This document shows positions 44,333 through 44,493 of a stretch of DNA of 44,493 nucleotides, in pieces. The notes beneath the pieces are model-generated. The model saw nothing but the letters and a program-made list of their open reading frames with translations, was not told the DNA's origin and did no database searches. Made by a program: the position numbers and the translations under genes. Origin of the DNA: a virus (lineage: Duplodnaviria; Caudoviricetes). The stretch is from IMG/VR virus record IMGVR_UViG_3300031945_000008, positions 1 to 44,493 of that record; one strand, given 5' to 3'. The number at the start of each line of letters is the position of its first letter. Within the stretch, counting starts at the first letter, position 1.

Positions 44333-44356
44333 TTTAGGTTTCATTTTAGGTTTATT

Positions 44357-44493
44357 TCTTTTGCTCCGTAATCCGGTAGTTTGGGGGGTAGGTGAGTTAT
44401 AGCCATCCCCTATGCCTCCTAGACGGAGCATGGCCTTCGGTGGCCTCATATCTCCTTATGGTATATAATTTTTTTTTTTTTTAACCAGAGGGG
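44357..44493 (+). repeat. Terminal direct repeat, right copy
   Basis: Matches 1-138 with one fewer T. Confidence 0.95.

Larger units (their letters stand above)
1..44493. mobile_element. Apparently complete dsDNA tailed bacteriophage genome (podovirus-like, probably lytic)
   Basis: TerL, portal, capsid, tail fibre, ejection-type proteins and a replication module in two opposing arms; terminal redundancy; no host housekeeping genes or integrase seen. Confidence 0.95.

Noticed and set aside
1-44493. Alternative genetic code, tRNA genes, or apparent TCGA/GTCGAC enrichment
   Set aside because: Core genes are intact in the standard code; no cloverleaf noticed; k-mer bias cannot be quantified without computation

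Overview
The window looks like one complete dsDNA tailed-phage genome of about 44.36 kb: bases 1-138 recur at 44357-44493. It has podovirus-like organisation, with no tape measure, tail tube, integrase, RNA polymerase or primase that I can recognise. The + strand arm (1647-29434) carries a probable TerS, a repeat-built tail fibre, a holin-like protein, TerL, two Pro/Gly low-complexity proteins, portal, scaffold, major capsid, tail and ejection proteins (one is 2186 aa with an HExxH motif), and ends with a PurD-like ATP-grasp enzyme. The - strand arm (about 1367 down to 215, across the junction, then 44332 down to 29382) carries many small early genes, a GH75 chitosanase-like enzyme, a Cas4-like/Sak4-like/SSB-like recombination trio, a ParB-methyltransferase fusion, a UDG-exonuclease-PolA fusion with unusual active-site motifs, an ATP-dependent ligase and a DUF3987-type helicase. 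The best candidates for undescribed biology are: (1) three unrelated early proteins that share a C-terminal PKP[KR]..[SN]xLxxAL[EK][LM]L tag; (2) a divergent ATP-grasp ligase coupled to the virion operon, in a genome that also has prion-like disordered proteins between TerL and portal; (3) a primase-less replication module with a steric-gate-variant PolA and a 200-nt strand-biased hairpin at the genome end; (4) a chitosanase-family protein as the only visible candidate lysin. All family assignments come from recognising motifs by eye; no database search was run.
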